Source: a virus
Virus record (IMG/VR): IMGVR_UViG_3300030102_005172
Span: 32,001-96,000 of that record
DNA: 64,000 bases
Direction: 5' to 3' (one strand)
Shown here in pieces: positions 38,400 through 48,781 of this stretch. Position 1 is the first letter of the stretch. The number at the start of each line of letters is the position of its first letter. A model generated the notes under the pieces. It was not told the origin of the DNA, searched no databases, and saw only the letters and a program-made list of their open reading frames with translations. Both the position numbers and the translations under genes were made by a program.

Positions 38400-41180
38400 T
38401 TAAACTCTAAAACTTCCATCAAAAGAAAATACTTTTTCACTTTCATATTGATGTAATTCATTTCCAAGGATTGTACATCCAACTGAAATATCAATTCCCA
38501 TAGGTAGTCCAAAGTCAATATCCCATGTTGTCTCATCAGAATATGCGTATGATAATGAAGTTAGTATCATTGGTGTATCTACATATAATTTTCCAATTGT
38601 TAATTGTAACTCTGATTCTGCACCACCCTTACCTGGAGCCGTATATCCATTAGAACCAACATATTTTGGCATTGTATAAGTTGATAATCTTTCTAATTTA
38701 GTATACAATGGTTGCATTTCAACTCTTGAAGTTGGATATACTTTAAAGTTAAAAGAAATATCTCTTTTAAATGAATCATATACATATACAGGTTCTGCTC
38801 TACCACTATATTTTATTTCAGTATAACTTGGTGAGAAATTTTCTGATAAACCTGATATTGTTCCTCTAAATTGTAGTCTACTACCATCTTCACCTAATTT
38901 AAAAACTAATGGAACTAAATCATCGCTAGTTTCACCAATCTTAAGTGCGTTGATTTTATCTACATGAAGTGTAAAATCTGCCAATTTAGTGAAGTCTACA
39001 TCAAACTGACCTTTTCGTACATTTCCTTGCGCATCCAACATTCTACCTGGATTACCAAATCCAAAGTCTTTTTCAATGTTGTTTTTATCATAGTCTTGTG
39101 CGTTTTCTTTACCTCTACCACCATCTAACTTTTTTCTAAAGTCTGTTGGTAAAGGTGGATTTGCACCCTTTTGTTTTCTATCATCTGCAATTTCTGATAG
39201 TTTACCATAAGATATCATTTGATAGTCAGAGATATCAGGAATCCCTTTAACTAAACCATCTGGATTACTGGTGACAAATTTATCGTCAAGAGGAAACGAA
39301 TCATCCTTTTTCTCTACTTGCTTAGCTACACCAAACTTTTTTAATTCTTCTTTCTTTTTTGGTACTGCGTTATCACCTTGAGTGTAAGTTTGGTCTTGTT
39401 TAGTTTTTAAATCAAACGAATCTTTTAAAACAAACTTTTGTTTGAATTTTAGACCTGTACCTTTTTGTTCAAATTCGCCAGTAGTTTTACCAGGTACAAA
39501 AGTACTTACATATTTTTTTACTTGAGATACACCTATTCCGTACAGTGAGTCAATTCCACCTCTTTTATCTTCTCTAAGAGCACTACCTATTTCGATTTTA
39601 CTAAAGTCACCATATAATTTTTCTAATGTATCGTCACTTGTTAGACTAGCAATTTTGCCTAATCCCACTTTCTGATATTTTCCATCAACATCTAATCCAA
39701 GAATACCACTTCTATCAGGTTTAAATCCTATATGTTGACCACCTATTGCTCCTAAGAAGTTCGCAGGTGTCCATGTTTTATTGTATTTGTTAGTTCTCTG
39801 TAATCCTATTTGTGTTGCGGACCATAGTAAACCTTTTACTGATAAAAAGAATGAACCTAACCTTACTAAATCTAATACTGCTCTTTCAGTTGAAGCAACT
39901 ACACCACCTCGAATCAATCCATCATCAATAGGAACTCCGAGACCCCAATTTTGTGGTTCAGTAAAACTATTTCTTTGAATACCTCTTAAAACATATGGTT
40001 GAGGTACTAAACTAAATTTATTTGCTGCAGGGTCTTGTAGATTGAACTTATTATACATTTCATCTAAGAATGATGGTGATTGTCTTTGTTGTAGTAAATC
40101 ACCAATACTTGTAAATGAATCTATATACCTATCACCATCTGGCGAATATCTTTGTGTATCACCAATTGCTGCACCCACTTTATATTGACCATATCCTGCT
40201 TGGAATGATATTCCTCTACTTGAACCACCGAAGTTACTTAGTAATGAAGATGCGTTATCAAATTGAGTATCACTTATACCTGTAAATTTAGTATCATCTT
40301 TAGTTTTCATGAATGGTGAGAATCCCTCTGCCTTATCATTTGTAAAGAAATCAACTTTTTGAGGTACTTCTAATCCTTGACTTTCTAAGTTTCCACTAAA
40401 TGTAAAATCACCTGGCGTTGTCTCACCTTTAAATCTGTCACCTTGTGTTATATTTTGTTTATCAGTTTCACCTAAGAATTGTTCTGATAAATTCATTTGA
40501 TTAGGAGTCGTTTCACCTAAGAATTTAGAACTTCTATCTGATTCGGTAGGAGTTGTTTCACCTAAGAATTTAGAACTTCTATCTGATTCTTTTTGTGTTG
40601 TCTCACCCAAGAATTGTTGAGTAAACTTAAATTCATTAGGAGTAGTTTCACCCAAGAATTTTTGACTAAATTTAAAATCACCTGGTTCAGTTTCACCTTT
40701 GAACTTATCACCTTGAGTTACTTCATTAGGTTCTGTTTCACCTTTAAACTTATCACCTTGAGTTGCCTGATTGGGTTCGGTCTCACCTTTGAACTTATCA
40801 CCTTGGGTTACTTCATTAGGTTCTGTTTGTCCAAGGAATCTTTCTTCTAAAGACATTGGTTTTGGACTTGTCTCACCTTTGAACTTATCACCTTGAGTTA
40901 CTTCAGTAGGTTCTGTTTGACCTTTGAACTTATCACCTTGAGTTACCTCATTAGGGTCAGTTTGTCCTTTGAACTTATCACCTTGAACTACTTTGTTTTG
41001 ATTAGTTCCAATTTTTTCAGGAGTTTGTTTTGAAAATCTAACATCGTTTTTTGTTTTTACTTTATCAGTTAATGGTACAGTATTAAACGCAGAAGGTTCT
41101 ACTCTTGTTTTTACTTCAAGAGGTTCACTTTTTGGTTTTCTGTAATCACCAAGGTTTGATTTTAAATCTTTTAACGACAT
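38400..41180 (-). CDS. Baseplate/tail tube-initiator-like protein with N-terminal 15-aa repeats
   Basis: Directly after the tape measure gene; C-terminal FRGTISGLSENFSPSY....YSGRAEPVYVY..FKRDISFNF. Confidence 0.6.
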   Translation of the reverse strand: MSLKDLKSNLGDYRKPKSEPLEVKTRVEPSAFNTVPLTDKVKTKNDVRFSKQTPEKIGTNQNKVVQGDKFKGQTDPNEVTQGDKFKGQTEPTEVTQGDKFKGETSPKPMSLEERFLGQTEPNEVTQGDKFKGETEPNQATQGDKFKGETEPNEVTQGDKFKGETEPGDFKFSQKFLGETTPNEFKFTQQFLGETTQKESDRSSKFLGETTPTESDRSSKFLGETTPNQMNLSEQFLGETDKQNITQGDRFKGETTPGDFTFSGNLESQGLEVPQKVDFFTNDKAEGFSPFMKTKDDTKFTGISDTQFDNASSLLSNFGGSSRGISFQAGYGQYKVGAAIGDTQRYSPDGDRYIDSFTSIGDLLQQRQSPSFLDEMYNKFNLQDPAANKFSLVPQPYVLRGIQRNSFTEPQNWGLGVPIDDGLIRGGVVASTERAVLDLVRLGSFFLSVKGLLWSATQIGLQRTNKYNKTWTPANFLGAIGGQHIGFKPDRSGILGLDVDGKYQKVGLGKIASLTSDDTLEKLYGDFSKIEIGSALREDKRGGIDSLYGIGVSQVKKYVSTFVPGKTTGEFEQKGTGLKFKQKFVLKDSFDLKTKQDQTYTQGDNAVPKKKEELKKFGVAKQVEKKDDSFPLDDKFVTSNPDGLVKGIPDISDYQMISYGKLSEIADDRKQKGANPPLPTDFRKKLDGGRGKENAQDYDKNNIEKDFGFGNPGRMLDAQGNVRKGQFDVDFTKLADFTLHVDKINALKIGETSDDLVPLVFKLGEDGSRLQFRGTISGLSENFSPSYTEIKYSGRAEPVYVYDSFKRDISFNFKVYPTSRVEMQPLYTKLERLSTYTMPKYVGSNGYTAPGKGGAESELQLTIGKLYVDTPMILTSLSYAYSDETTWDIDFGLPMGIDISVGCTILGNELHQYESEKVFSFDGSFRV
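40400..40990 (-). repeat. In-frame 45-nt tandem repeats (about 13 units, TQGDKFKGETEPNEV / SSKFLGETTP variants)
   Basis: Recurring ttcacctttgaacttatcaccttg and ttcacctaagaattt blocks at a 45-nt period. Confidence 0.85.
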
Positions 41181-43576
41181 TAATTAACTCCTCTAGTACT
41201 TCTTACTCGTTGTACTTTTGATATTTCACTAATTACTTTATTATCAAATACTATTTGTATAGGTTGAGCTTGTAAATCACCTCTAAGTCCTTTAATTTCT
41301 TCTAATAATGGGTCACTTTCACCACCACCACCTGCGGTTGCACCACCACCATCGTCACCACCTGCTCCAAATGCTCCTGCAATCATTGGTAACATAAGTC
41401 CTAATGCGAATACCGTTCCAAGGAATGGTGTTATCATCAATAGACCCATTGCGAATGGCATCATCGCTAATCCTACTGCCGCAAGTCCTGCCGCCAAGGA
41501 AAGTAAACCTGGTGCGACTAACACTAATTGACCCAATCCTGCGGCTAATGCCGATATTGCTGGAACTGCTGCAATCAATATCATAGATGCGAGTCCAAAC
41601 GCAAGAATACCCGGCGTTGCGTAAAGTAATCCAATACCCAATGCTAACATACCGACACCAAGTAAACTTAATATAGCAGTTAATGGTATTAAGAATGGTG
41701 CAATCGTAATCAGACCCATTAAGGATTCTGTAAGATTACCCATCATTTCAAATCCTTTAGCTATTTCTTGTATCGCATATCCAAGAACTAATAATGCTGC
41801 GGCAATAATTAACATTGCGGCGGCACCTGCGAGAATCGCAACTGCTCCAACACCACTCATCATTATTGCACCTACTAATGCCAATGCACCTACTAATGCT
41901 AACATGGATACAACTGCCATACCAATAGCTTTCCATTCAACCTTCATAAATTCTTGTACTGCTTTTGCGAATACAAATACGGATGCCGCTACAAGTAATA
42001 ATGCCGCACCACCTGCGAGTAATTTTTTAGCGTCTATTTTTGAAATAGCATTTGTCATACTACTTGTTCCTTTACCAGGACCACTATCAATTTTTGGTTT
42101 AGGTTTTGGCATATTTGTTTGTTTATCACCACCAATTAGACCCATAGCTGAACCTGCCTTTTTAGCAAGTCCACCTATACCTTTTAATGCAATTGAGGCC
42201 TGTGCTATCGCTGGTAAATATGATGTCATCAAAGCTTGTCCTTGTTGCATAACAAATTGTTTATTAGCCTCTCGCGCTTCATTATCTTCAATTAGTTTTT
42301 TTCTCGCTTCATCTGTTAAATCTGCAGTTTCTTCCAAGAATTTCGCATGTTCAGCTTGTTTGGTAACTACTTCAGATAATTGTTGACCAGTCATACCATA
42401 TGCAGCACCCAACGCCTCAAGTTCCATTGGTCCTTTACCTTCTAAATCCTCTAAAGATATTCCTAATTCTGACATAGCTTTATTAAATGCGTCTAAGTCA
42501 CCTGTTAATTGATATTCCATTGAAGCTTGTCTAATTGCATTTGTATTTTTAAGTAAGTCACCCATTCCCATGGCTCTTGCTTTCATCTCAGCTTGTATAG
42601 AATTTTCAATATTTAACATATTAGATGAAACATCTGCCATTTGCTCCATACTCATACCCATTTGTTTAAGTTGTGCGGCTTGTTTAGCAAATGCCATTAT
42701 TTGTTTTTCAGATTTACCTACTAATAAGGTTGCGTTTTTGGCCATATCTTGGAATATAGCTCTTGCAGATACACCTTCTTTTTGTGCTAATACTTTTATA
42801 TTTGATGTGAGTTCATCTGCACTTGAACCTGAGTTAGCAAATGCCTGTTGTAACATGATTGCGTTCTCACCAGATTCTCCTGATAATGCAGATATCTCTA
42901 CTAAGTCTCTCTGCATTTCTGCAGTAAAGTTTTGAGTAGTTCCAAAGAATTCAGCAGAGTCTTTTGCTGCGGTTGCTAATGCCTCACCACCATACAACAT
43001 ACCTTCCATGGTAAATAAGTTTCTGAGTGTTATCGCTCCCATTCTTGCAGATTCTTGAGCTGATAATCCTAATTGAGTATAAAGTTCTTTTGCTAATCCA
43101 ACGGTTGCTTGGAATCCTTCGGTTAACATTTCTACACCTTTTTTGGCAACTGCTAAACCAACACCGAACATAATACCATTTTTAAGCATATCAGCTGATA
43201 GTCCAACTGATTTCAATAAACCATCTCCAAGTTCATCAGCAAGGTCTGTGATTTCTTGTTGTTTGTCTTTTCTTTTTTGTTCAACCTTTAAAAGATTTTC
43301 TGTTGCCTCTAACTCTTTTAAAATTTCTTCTTTTCTATCTTTTGTTAAGTTATATTCACCTTCAATGATTTTTTGTTTTTCTTCGAGTACTTTTGTGAGT
43401 TTAGAAGATAAATCTTTTTCTTGAGCTAAGTCTGCAGTAAGTTGTTTGGCAATCTTACCTTGTTTGGTACGATAATCCAAATTTTTCTTTAAAACATCGG
43501 CAAGATTTGATTGTAAGTCTTTTTCCGCCGCAACTGCGTCAATTCTTGCTTGTGTATCTTTGTTAAACTTAGCCAT
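41180..43576 (-). CDS. Tape measure protein
   Basis: 798 aa; Ala/Gly/Leu-rich helical protein with a hydrophobic repeat region, downstream of tube and chaperone. Confidence 0.8.
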   Translation of the reverse strand: MAKFNKDTQARIDAVAAEKDLQSNLADVLKKNLDYRTKQGKIAKQLTADLAQEKDLSSKLTKVLEEKQKIIEGEYNLTKDRKEEILKELEATENLLKVEQKRKDKQQEITDLADELGDGLLKSVGLSADMLKNGIMFGVGLAVAKKGVEMLTEGFQATVGLAKELYTQLGLSAQESARMGAITLRNLFTMEGMLYGGEALATAAKDSAEFFGTTQNFTAEMQRDLVEISALSGESGENAIMLQQAFANSGSSADELTSNIKVLAQKEGVSARAIFQDMAKNATLLVGKSEKQIMAFAKQAAQLKQMGMSMEQMADVSSNMLNIENSIQAEMKARAMGMGDLLKNTNAIRQASMEYQLTGDLDAFNKAMSELGISLEDLEGKGPMELEALGAAYGMTGQQLSEVVTKQAEHAKFLEETADLTDEARKKLIEDNEAREANKQFVMQQGQALMTSYLPAIAQASIALKGIGGLAKKAGSAMGLIGGDKQTNMPKPKPKIDSGPGKGTSSMTNAISKIDAKKLLAGGAALLLVAASVFVFAKAVQEFMKVEWKAIGMAVVSMLALVGALALVGAIMMSGVGAVAILAGAAAMLIIAAALLVLGYAIQEIAKGFEMMGNLTESLMGLITIAPFLIPLTAILSLLGVGMLALGIGLLYATPGILAFGLASMILIAAVPAISALAAGLGQLVLVAPGLLSLAAGLAAVGLAMMPFAMGLLMITPFLGTVFALGLMLPMIAGAFGAGGDDGGGATAGGGGESDPLLEEIKGLRGDLQAQPIQIVFDNKVISEISKVQRVRSTRGVN

Positions 43577-43593
43577 TTATCCCCTTGTGTAGT

Positions 43594-43806
43594 TTAGTCG
43601 TCAGTTAATTCACGACCTGTCCATTGTACGGGCTTAATATTATACTTTTTTAGTAATGATTGGTATTTAGGGTCATTTGTCAATTTAGCAAGTTCTTTTT
43701 CTTTTTTACTTTTTTTTATGTAATTGATAAACTGACTAATAAAACCTTCAGGTAGGTTTTGTTTTTCAAGTACTTCCCTAAACTTTGATTCTTTTATGGT
43801 TTTCAT
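43594..43806 (-). CDS. Small hypothetical protein
   Basis: 70 aa; late motif at 43830-43837. Confidence 0.55.
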   Translation of the reverse strand: MKTIKESKFREVLEKQNLPEGFISQFINYIKKSKKEKELAKLTNDPKYQSLLKKYNIKPVQWTGRELTDD

Positions 43807-43840
43807 ATGGTATCCCTTAGTTTATATTCTATAAATATGT

Positions 43841-43866
43841 AAAAACCCAACAAATATGTCGGGTTC
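43841..43866 (-). terminator. Rho-independent terminator
   Basis: Minus strand AACCCGAC-atattt-GTTGGGTT followed by TTT. Confidence 0.7.
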
Positions 43867-43871
43867 TTATA

Positions 43872-44097
43872 TTACTTCTTGACACGAGGCATTTTTGACT
43901 TCATTTTTCTCATTTCCTTGTCATGTGCCTTCTTTTCTTCTTGTTTGAACTCTATTATCTTTCCGATATAGAAATTCCTTGCCCAAACGGGCATATTGTA
44001 GACATCGGTGTGAGTAAACCCACCATTTCCATGGAATATAAGGTCAAAAATTTGAGCGTGTAAATGCTTTCTATAATTACTCGGAAGGCCAAAAAAA
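43872..44097 (-). CDS. Tail chaperone C-terminal extension (probable frameshift product, GT-like)
   Basis: Overlaps the end of the chaperone at a T7 run; reads FFGLPSNYRKHLHAQIFDLIFHGNGGF...YNMPVWARNFY. Confidence 0.6.
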
Positions 44098-44955
44098 CCC
44101 GACATCCATAGGCAGTTGCATTTCTCTCTCTTCCCCGGTCTCCTCAGATACAAATTCAAATGTTAAATCAATATCGGGAACACTTTCGTTGATATACGCT
44201 CTGAGTGCCTTTGAATCTACTGCGAATAATTCATTGTCCACGAAATGATTAATGTCTTTTTGTTCTTCAGAACCATCTACTGAAAGAATCATATTTTTCA
44301 TCCTTGTAGTTAATTCTCTTGAAGTCATATCTTTTAATTTTCGATTTGCCTTCTTTAGAGCTTCAACTTGATGTTTTACTTTTCTTTCTCTTGATTCAGT
44401 CATCGCCATAAAAGTAATTTTTCTCTTTGATACTGGTAATGTGAATTCAAACTCATTCTTATGAAGTTCTACTTGATTTGAACCATCGTATGATTTGTTT
44501 TCAAACTGAGTGAGGTCAATTGTTTCCTTCTGCTTTGTACCTGGTTGTGATGGGTCATCAATTTCTACTTTGTAGTCTTTACCATACCCAAGTACTCTTG
44601 CTGCAATCATAATTGCGTTTTTATCACCTGTAACTAAATCTACATATTTTATAGGTTCACCTTCACCATTACCGATGATTAGTGATTGGAATAGTCTGTC
44701 TAAAACAGTTCCATCTTTAATATATGATTGTGTAGTTAGGATATCTTCCTCTTTTGCCGTCATATACTTCATTTCAACCTTTCCTACTGAAAGTGGGTTG
44801 TCTTTTTCGTATATTAGACCTTTTGAGGGTAAATCTATAACTTCCGTAGGGAATTTATAGTCACGAACTTCTTTTGTTTCGTGTTGTTGGATAGCTTTTT
44901 GTACCATATCCTTATCGGATATTGGGTACTCATCTTGTAATTTTTCTTTTGCCAT
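44077..44955 (-). CDS. Tail assembly chaperone / gp26-like baseplate hub assembly protein
   Basis: IDLPSKG..Y, MKYMTAKEEDIL, ends FFWP; lies between tube and tape measure genes. Confidence 0.7.
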   Translation of the reverse strand: MAKEKLQDEYPISDKDMVQKAIQQHETKEVRDYKFPTEVIDLPSKGLIYEKDNPLSVGKVEMKYMTAKEEDILTTQSYIKDGTVLDRLFQSLIIGNGEGEPIKYVDLVTGDKNAIMIAARVLGYGKDYKVEIDDPSQPGTKQKETIDLTQFENKSYDGSNQVELHKNEFEFTLPVSKRKITFMAMTESRERKVKHQVEALKKANRKLKDMTSRELTTRMKNMILSVDGSEEQKDINHFVDNELFAVDSKALRAYINESVPDIDLTFEFVSEETGEEREMQLPMDVGFFWPSE

Positions 44956-45025
44956 AATAAAACTCGTTTTATATCTTTTTGTTGTACTGTACTATAATAT
45001 ATATGTAACTGGACTATTATTAATA

Positions 45026-45052
45026 CAAAAAACCCCCAAAAAGTTGAGGGTC
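45026..45052 (-). terminator. Rho-independent terminator
   Basis: Minus strand GACCCTCAA-cttt-TTGGGGGTT followed by TTTT. Confidence 0.65.
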
Positions 45053-45076
45053 TTTATTTTTTTAGTAGAATATTGG

Positions 45077-45340
45077 TTATGCCCAAGAATAACTTCCGTC
45101 TGAACCATTTAAAACATTTACACCTGCTTCAAATCCATCTGGTAAATCACCATCATAGGTAATTTTATCTCTTCCACCATAATCAAACCCATCAGATGGT
45201 AGTCCCCATGTATTATCTGCCTCTGCAATTGTAAAGTGAGTAACAGGGTCACCTGCAACATCTTGCCAAGTAGCGTATTCTGATTCACCTATCCACTCAA
45301 CAACATTGTCGTCTTTTCTTCTAACGATTAAATATGCCAT
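45077..45340 (-). CDS. Small acidic hypothetical protein flanked by terminators
   Basis: 87 aa; AAGGAG ribosome-binding site; late-like motif at 45367-45374. Confidence 0.65.
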   Translation of the reverse strand: MAYLIVRRKDDNVVEWIGESEYATWQDVAGDPVTHFTIAEADNTWGLPSDGFDYGGRDKITYDGDLPDGFEAGVNVLNGSDGSYSWA

Positions 45341-45387
45341 AGTATCTCTCCTTTGTATTAATATGTAATAAATATGTCTTTATATAA

Positions 45388-45413
45388 TAAAAAACCCACC
45401 AATCGGTGGGTTA
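45388..45413 (-). terminator. Rho-independent terminator after the tube gene
   Basis: Minus strand AACCCACC-gatt-GGTGGGTT followed by TTTT. Confidence 0.8.
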
Positions 45414-45446
45414 TTCATTTTGTAATTTCTATTTACAATCCGTATA

Positions 45447-45935
45447 TTAAAATTGTAGTATTGCGTAATCGTAAGTAAGTGTCATTTCTACTGTTGCCAA
45501 GTCTTCACCTGCGTAGTCCATATCTGAAAAGTTTGCAGATTGGATATATGCACCTTTTAATGTCCACTCTTCTACTTTATCACCAACAGGACCCAAACTG
45601 TTAAATGTGATGTCTTTTTTATAGAAATCAGAGTATCCATCTCTACCTGTTACAGATTCGTGATGTAGTCTTACCCACTCCATTACTGCTTGTGCAGCGG
45701 AAGGTACGACTGGGTCGTATAAAGTGATTGCTAAATCTTGCCACTCAGAACGACCTTTCACATATCTTCTAACATTGATATGGTCGATGGTAACTTTACC
45801 ATTGTTTATTTCTGGTCTGGCTGCCGTTTTCACCAAGTATGCAGGGATTCCTTCGATGTACATGATGAACCTATTTGACATTTTAGGTTCAAAGTTGGTG
45901 AACATTATTTCATTTGGGTCTAATAATTGTGCCAT
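45447..45935 (-). CDS. Tail tube protein (gp19-like)
   Basis: FEPK..NRF, W..L.ITLYDP, YKKDI, EEWTLKGA, LTYDYA; follows the sheath gene. Confidence 0.88.
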   Translation of the reverse strand: MAQLLDPNEIMFTNFEPKMSNRFIMYIEGIPAYLVKTAARPEINNGKVTIDHINVRRYVKGRSEWQDLAITLYDPVVPSAAQAVMEWVRLHHESVTGRDGYSDFYKKDITFNSLGPVGDKVEEWTLKGAYIQSANFSDMDYAGEDLATVEMTLTYDYAILQF

Positions 45936-45983
45936 TTAATTCTCCTATTTCTCTTTCTAATAAATAGTGTTATCTATTATTTT

Positions 45984-48386
45984 TTATTCAGGGAACGCTG
46001 CGCCTGTTGGTAGTACATTGAAATCAAGTACTATAAACTCTGCAGTTTTCGCTGGTTGAATAAAAATCTCTCCTTTTAAGATGTTTCTATCAATAATATC
46101 TGGTGTATTATTTGATTCATCCATTATTACTCGGAATGCGAACAAACCTTGTCTCTGTTGTACTGACTCTAAGTAAGGGTTAACTATACTTAAGAATCTG
46201 TTTCTTGTCGCTGCCGTATTATTTTCGAACAATAAGAATCTTGAAGATGATGCGATGAACTTCTTCAATGCGATTAACAATCTTCTTACATTGATTCTGT
46301 CAAGTGCGGATGGTCTAGCTTGGAGTGTTTTTTGTCCAAATACCGTAGCACCTTGTCCAGGGAATGTAGCGATTGGGTTAATTCTATTTTCGTATAATGT
46401 ATCTCTTTCATCGTGAGTTAATCTTGATTTAACTTCGATTACATTTGATAAACCACCTCTGTTAAGACCTGCTGGTGCGAACCATGGTTCTGCAACTGCG
46501 TCATTAAATGCGATAACACCTGGTAATACAACACTTGGTGGTACCCAGACTGGCTTATTTTTATCTGTATCAAGGATTTTAACCCATGGATGATAAGTTC
46601 CAACATAATTTGAATCGAATGAACTTAGTGAGTTAACTACTGTTGCGATTGAATCTGAATAAGACCCAGCGTCCATTACATAGAATGCGTCTTGTCTATC
46701 TTCTACCATATCTTTTGCAAAAGTAGTTACTGATGAGTGTAGTCTATTGATTACACCTGGTGTAACTAACATATTCATATCATACTCATCAGGGTTTGAC
46801 ATTGCGTTAATAGCTTTTCTAAATGCAATCGTACCACCTGCAGTCGCTGATGATAAATCTAATCCTTGCATATTACCTGCAACAATGTTTTCTCCTGTAA
46901 GTATTGTTCTGTTTGGTGCGAATCCATCAAATCCACCTTGGAATGGTACATTGAATTTTTTATTGTCTATAATACCATCGTTTAGTGTAATTGCTGCTCC
47001 ATTTGAAATACAATTACTTAGTAAGAACTTAGAACCAACAGTTTCAGAACTTGAATCTGGAATTGGATTTAAGTAGTTTAAGTTATCTGTATTTGTAAAG
47101 TCATATGAGTATCCTAAGAATGCTCTCTTGTTAAATTCACCTGCAATTGACTGAGTTAGTTCATATGTTGGACTTGGTATATCGTGTCCACTATGAATTG
47201 GTGATTTAACTGCTGCAAATCCGAATGGTACAAGACTTGAATCGATTGCTCCCGCGTCTACATCAGAATTTACTTCTACTCTAATGTTTACAGATGCGTT
47301 TGGATAGTCACCATTTGAAGTAACTTTACCATTGTTATCAACAGTAATATATTTGTCACCAATTACTCTCTTAATATAGTTAGGTGAATTAGGGTCTAAG
47401 TTAAGTCCACTAAACTCTTCTACTATATTTGGTCTAACATCACTATCTTGTACATTTTGACCGAAAACAGAATAAGGAATCTTAGAACTATCTACTCTTC
47501 TTACTATTACTGAGAATGTTCCATATTCAGAACCAGGTACTTCATTTGCTGGTTTGATATCTCTAATACCAATTTTAAATTCGTAGTTTGTTGGATTACC
47601 ATGTGATAGTGTGTGGAATCTAAATAAGTTTTTAGTAACACCTGATACATCTTGTGATATGATGAAAGGTGTTGTAGCCTCACAATATGCTTTAGTATAG
47701 TCGGTTTTTCTAAGTGTATCTATTTCTACATCACAATTAGGGTCGCTGGCAAAAGACGATGATTGGAATGTTTTAAAGTTTAGATACAGATAACCGAATT
47801 CCGAACCATTTTTAGGAGATGAACCAAATGTTTTTCCAATATACTTGGTAGATGTTGGGTTCAATGATGCGGTTGCGATTGCAAGTACTGCTGATTCTGA
47901 TAAACCTGTTACTGCACCTGAAGCACTTAAATATAGTGCGAAGTTTGAAGCTGATACTTCTGTTGTTGGTGAAGCGGCTGAACCACTTAAGTTAGTGACT
48001 ACTGATTTATCAAACGAACCTGTTGAGTTTGCTACATTTCCAAATGGAACTTTTGTAGTTGGGTGAATCACCGCTGCTACTGAACCACTAATCTTTAAAA
48101 CTAAAGGTTCAACAGTATAACCACTTTGTCCTAATACTCTAACAATAGTTGCCGTTCCTGCGTCTTCTAAATACGATTGTGCAGTATATGGTAAATATGA
48201 ATCTTCTGTCAATCCACCGAATACCTGCGTAAATTCTTGAAAGGACTCGACTTTGGTTGGTACGAATGCAGGTCCTTTAATACTTTGTCCTATAAGTGCT
48301 GCACCTATTTCACCAATACCTTGAGGTAAAAATGATAGGTCTTTTTCTCTTGTGAATACACCTGGACTAACAATTCTTTCTGCCAT
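45984..48386 (-). CDS. Contractile tail sheath protein (gp18-like)
   Basis: SPGVFTREKD, WFAPAGLNRG, INPI..FPG.G...FGQKT, RINVRRL, PAKTAEFI. Confidence 0.95.
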   Translation of the reverse strand: MAERIVSPGVFTREKDLSFLPQGIGEIGAALIGQSIKGPAFVPTKVESFQEFTQVFGGLTEDSYLPYTAQSYLEDAGTATIVRVLGQSGYTVEPLVLKISGSVAAVIHPTTKVPFGNVANSTGSFDKSVVTNLSGSAASPTTEVSASNFALYLSASGAVTGLSESAVLAIATASLNPTSTKYIGKTFGSSPKNGSEFGYLYLNFKTFQSSSFASDPNCDVEIDTLRKTDYTKAYCEATTPFIISQDVSGVTKNLFRFHTLSHGNPTNYEFKIGIRDIKPANEVPGSEYGTFSVIVRRVDSSKIPYSVFGQNVQDSDVRPNIVEEFSGLNLDPNSPNYIKRVIGDKYITVDNNGKVTSNGDYPNASVNIRVEVNSDVDAGAIDSSLVPFGFAAVKSPIHSGHDIPSPTYELTQSIAGEFNKRAFLGYSYDFTNTDNLNYLNPIPDSSSETVGSKFLLSNCISNGAAITLNDGIIDNKKFNVPFQGGFDGFAPNRTILTGENIVAGNMQGLDLSSATAGGTIAFRKAINAMSNPDEYDMNMLVTPGVINRLHSSVTTFAKDMVEDRQDAFYVMDAGSYSDSIATVVNSLSSFDSNYVGTYHPWVKILDTDKNKPVWVPPSVVLPGVIAFNDAVAEPWFAPAGLNRGGLSNVIEVKSRLTHDERDTLYENRINPIATFPGQGATVFGQKTLQARPSALDRINVRRLLIALKKFIASSSRFLLFENNTAATRNRFLSIVNPYLESVQQRQGLFAFRVIMDESNNTPDIIDRNILKGEIFIQPAKTAEFIVLDFNVLPTGAAFPE

Positions 48387-48456
48387 TATTTTCTCCTAAA
48401 TTAAAATCTTTGGTTTACCTTTATATAAATACTCCAAAAATTTTGAAAACGAATAC

Positions 48457-48738
48457 TTATTTGCTAGGTGTGAATGTATTAGTATTAATATCGTAAGTTC
48501 CCTCACCATATTTCTCTCTTAACTTCACGCTTAACTCTTTTTCTTCATTAAGTAATTCATTGTAAGAATCCATTAAAGCGCCTTTTTCTTTTTTCAAATC
48601 ACTAAACTGATTTTCTAAACTTGTTACGCTAATTTCAATCTCACCTATTCTTGATGTTATTGATATAACCTTACTTTGAATTTCCGTAATTTTTTTAACT
48701 TCTTCTTCCGAAAAACTTTTTGCTATCTTTTCTGTCAT
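48457..48738 (-). CDS. Small coiled-coil protein
   Basis: 93 aa; ends KYGEGTYDI. Confidence 0.6.
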   Translation of the reverse strand: MTEKIAKSFSEEEVKKITEIQSKVISITSRIGEIEISVTSLENQFSDLKKEKGALMDSYNELLNEEKELSVKLREKYGEGTYDINTNTFTPSK

Positions 48739-48781
48739 AACTTAAAATTTATTGTTTACTACTAATATAAATATGGAAAAA

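Noticed and set aside
40400-40990. Regularly spaced DNA repeats as a possible CRISPR array
   Set aside because: The period is 45 nt and in frame within a CDS, the units are degenerate at synonymous positions, and there are no unique spacers.
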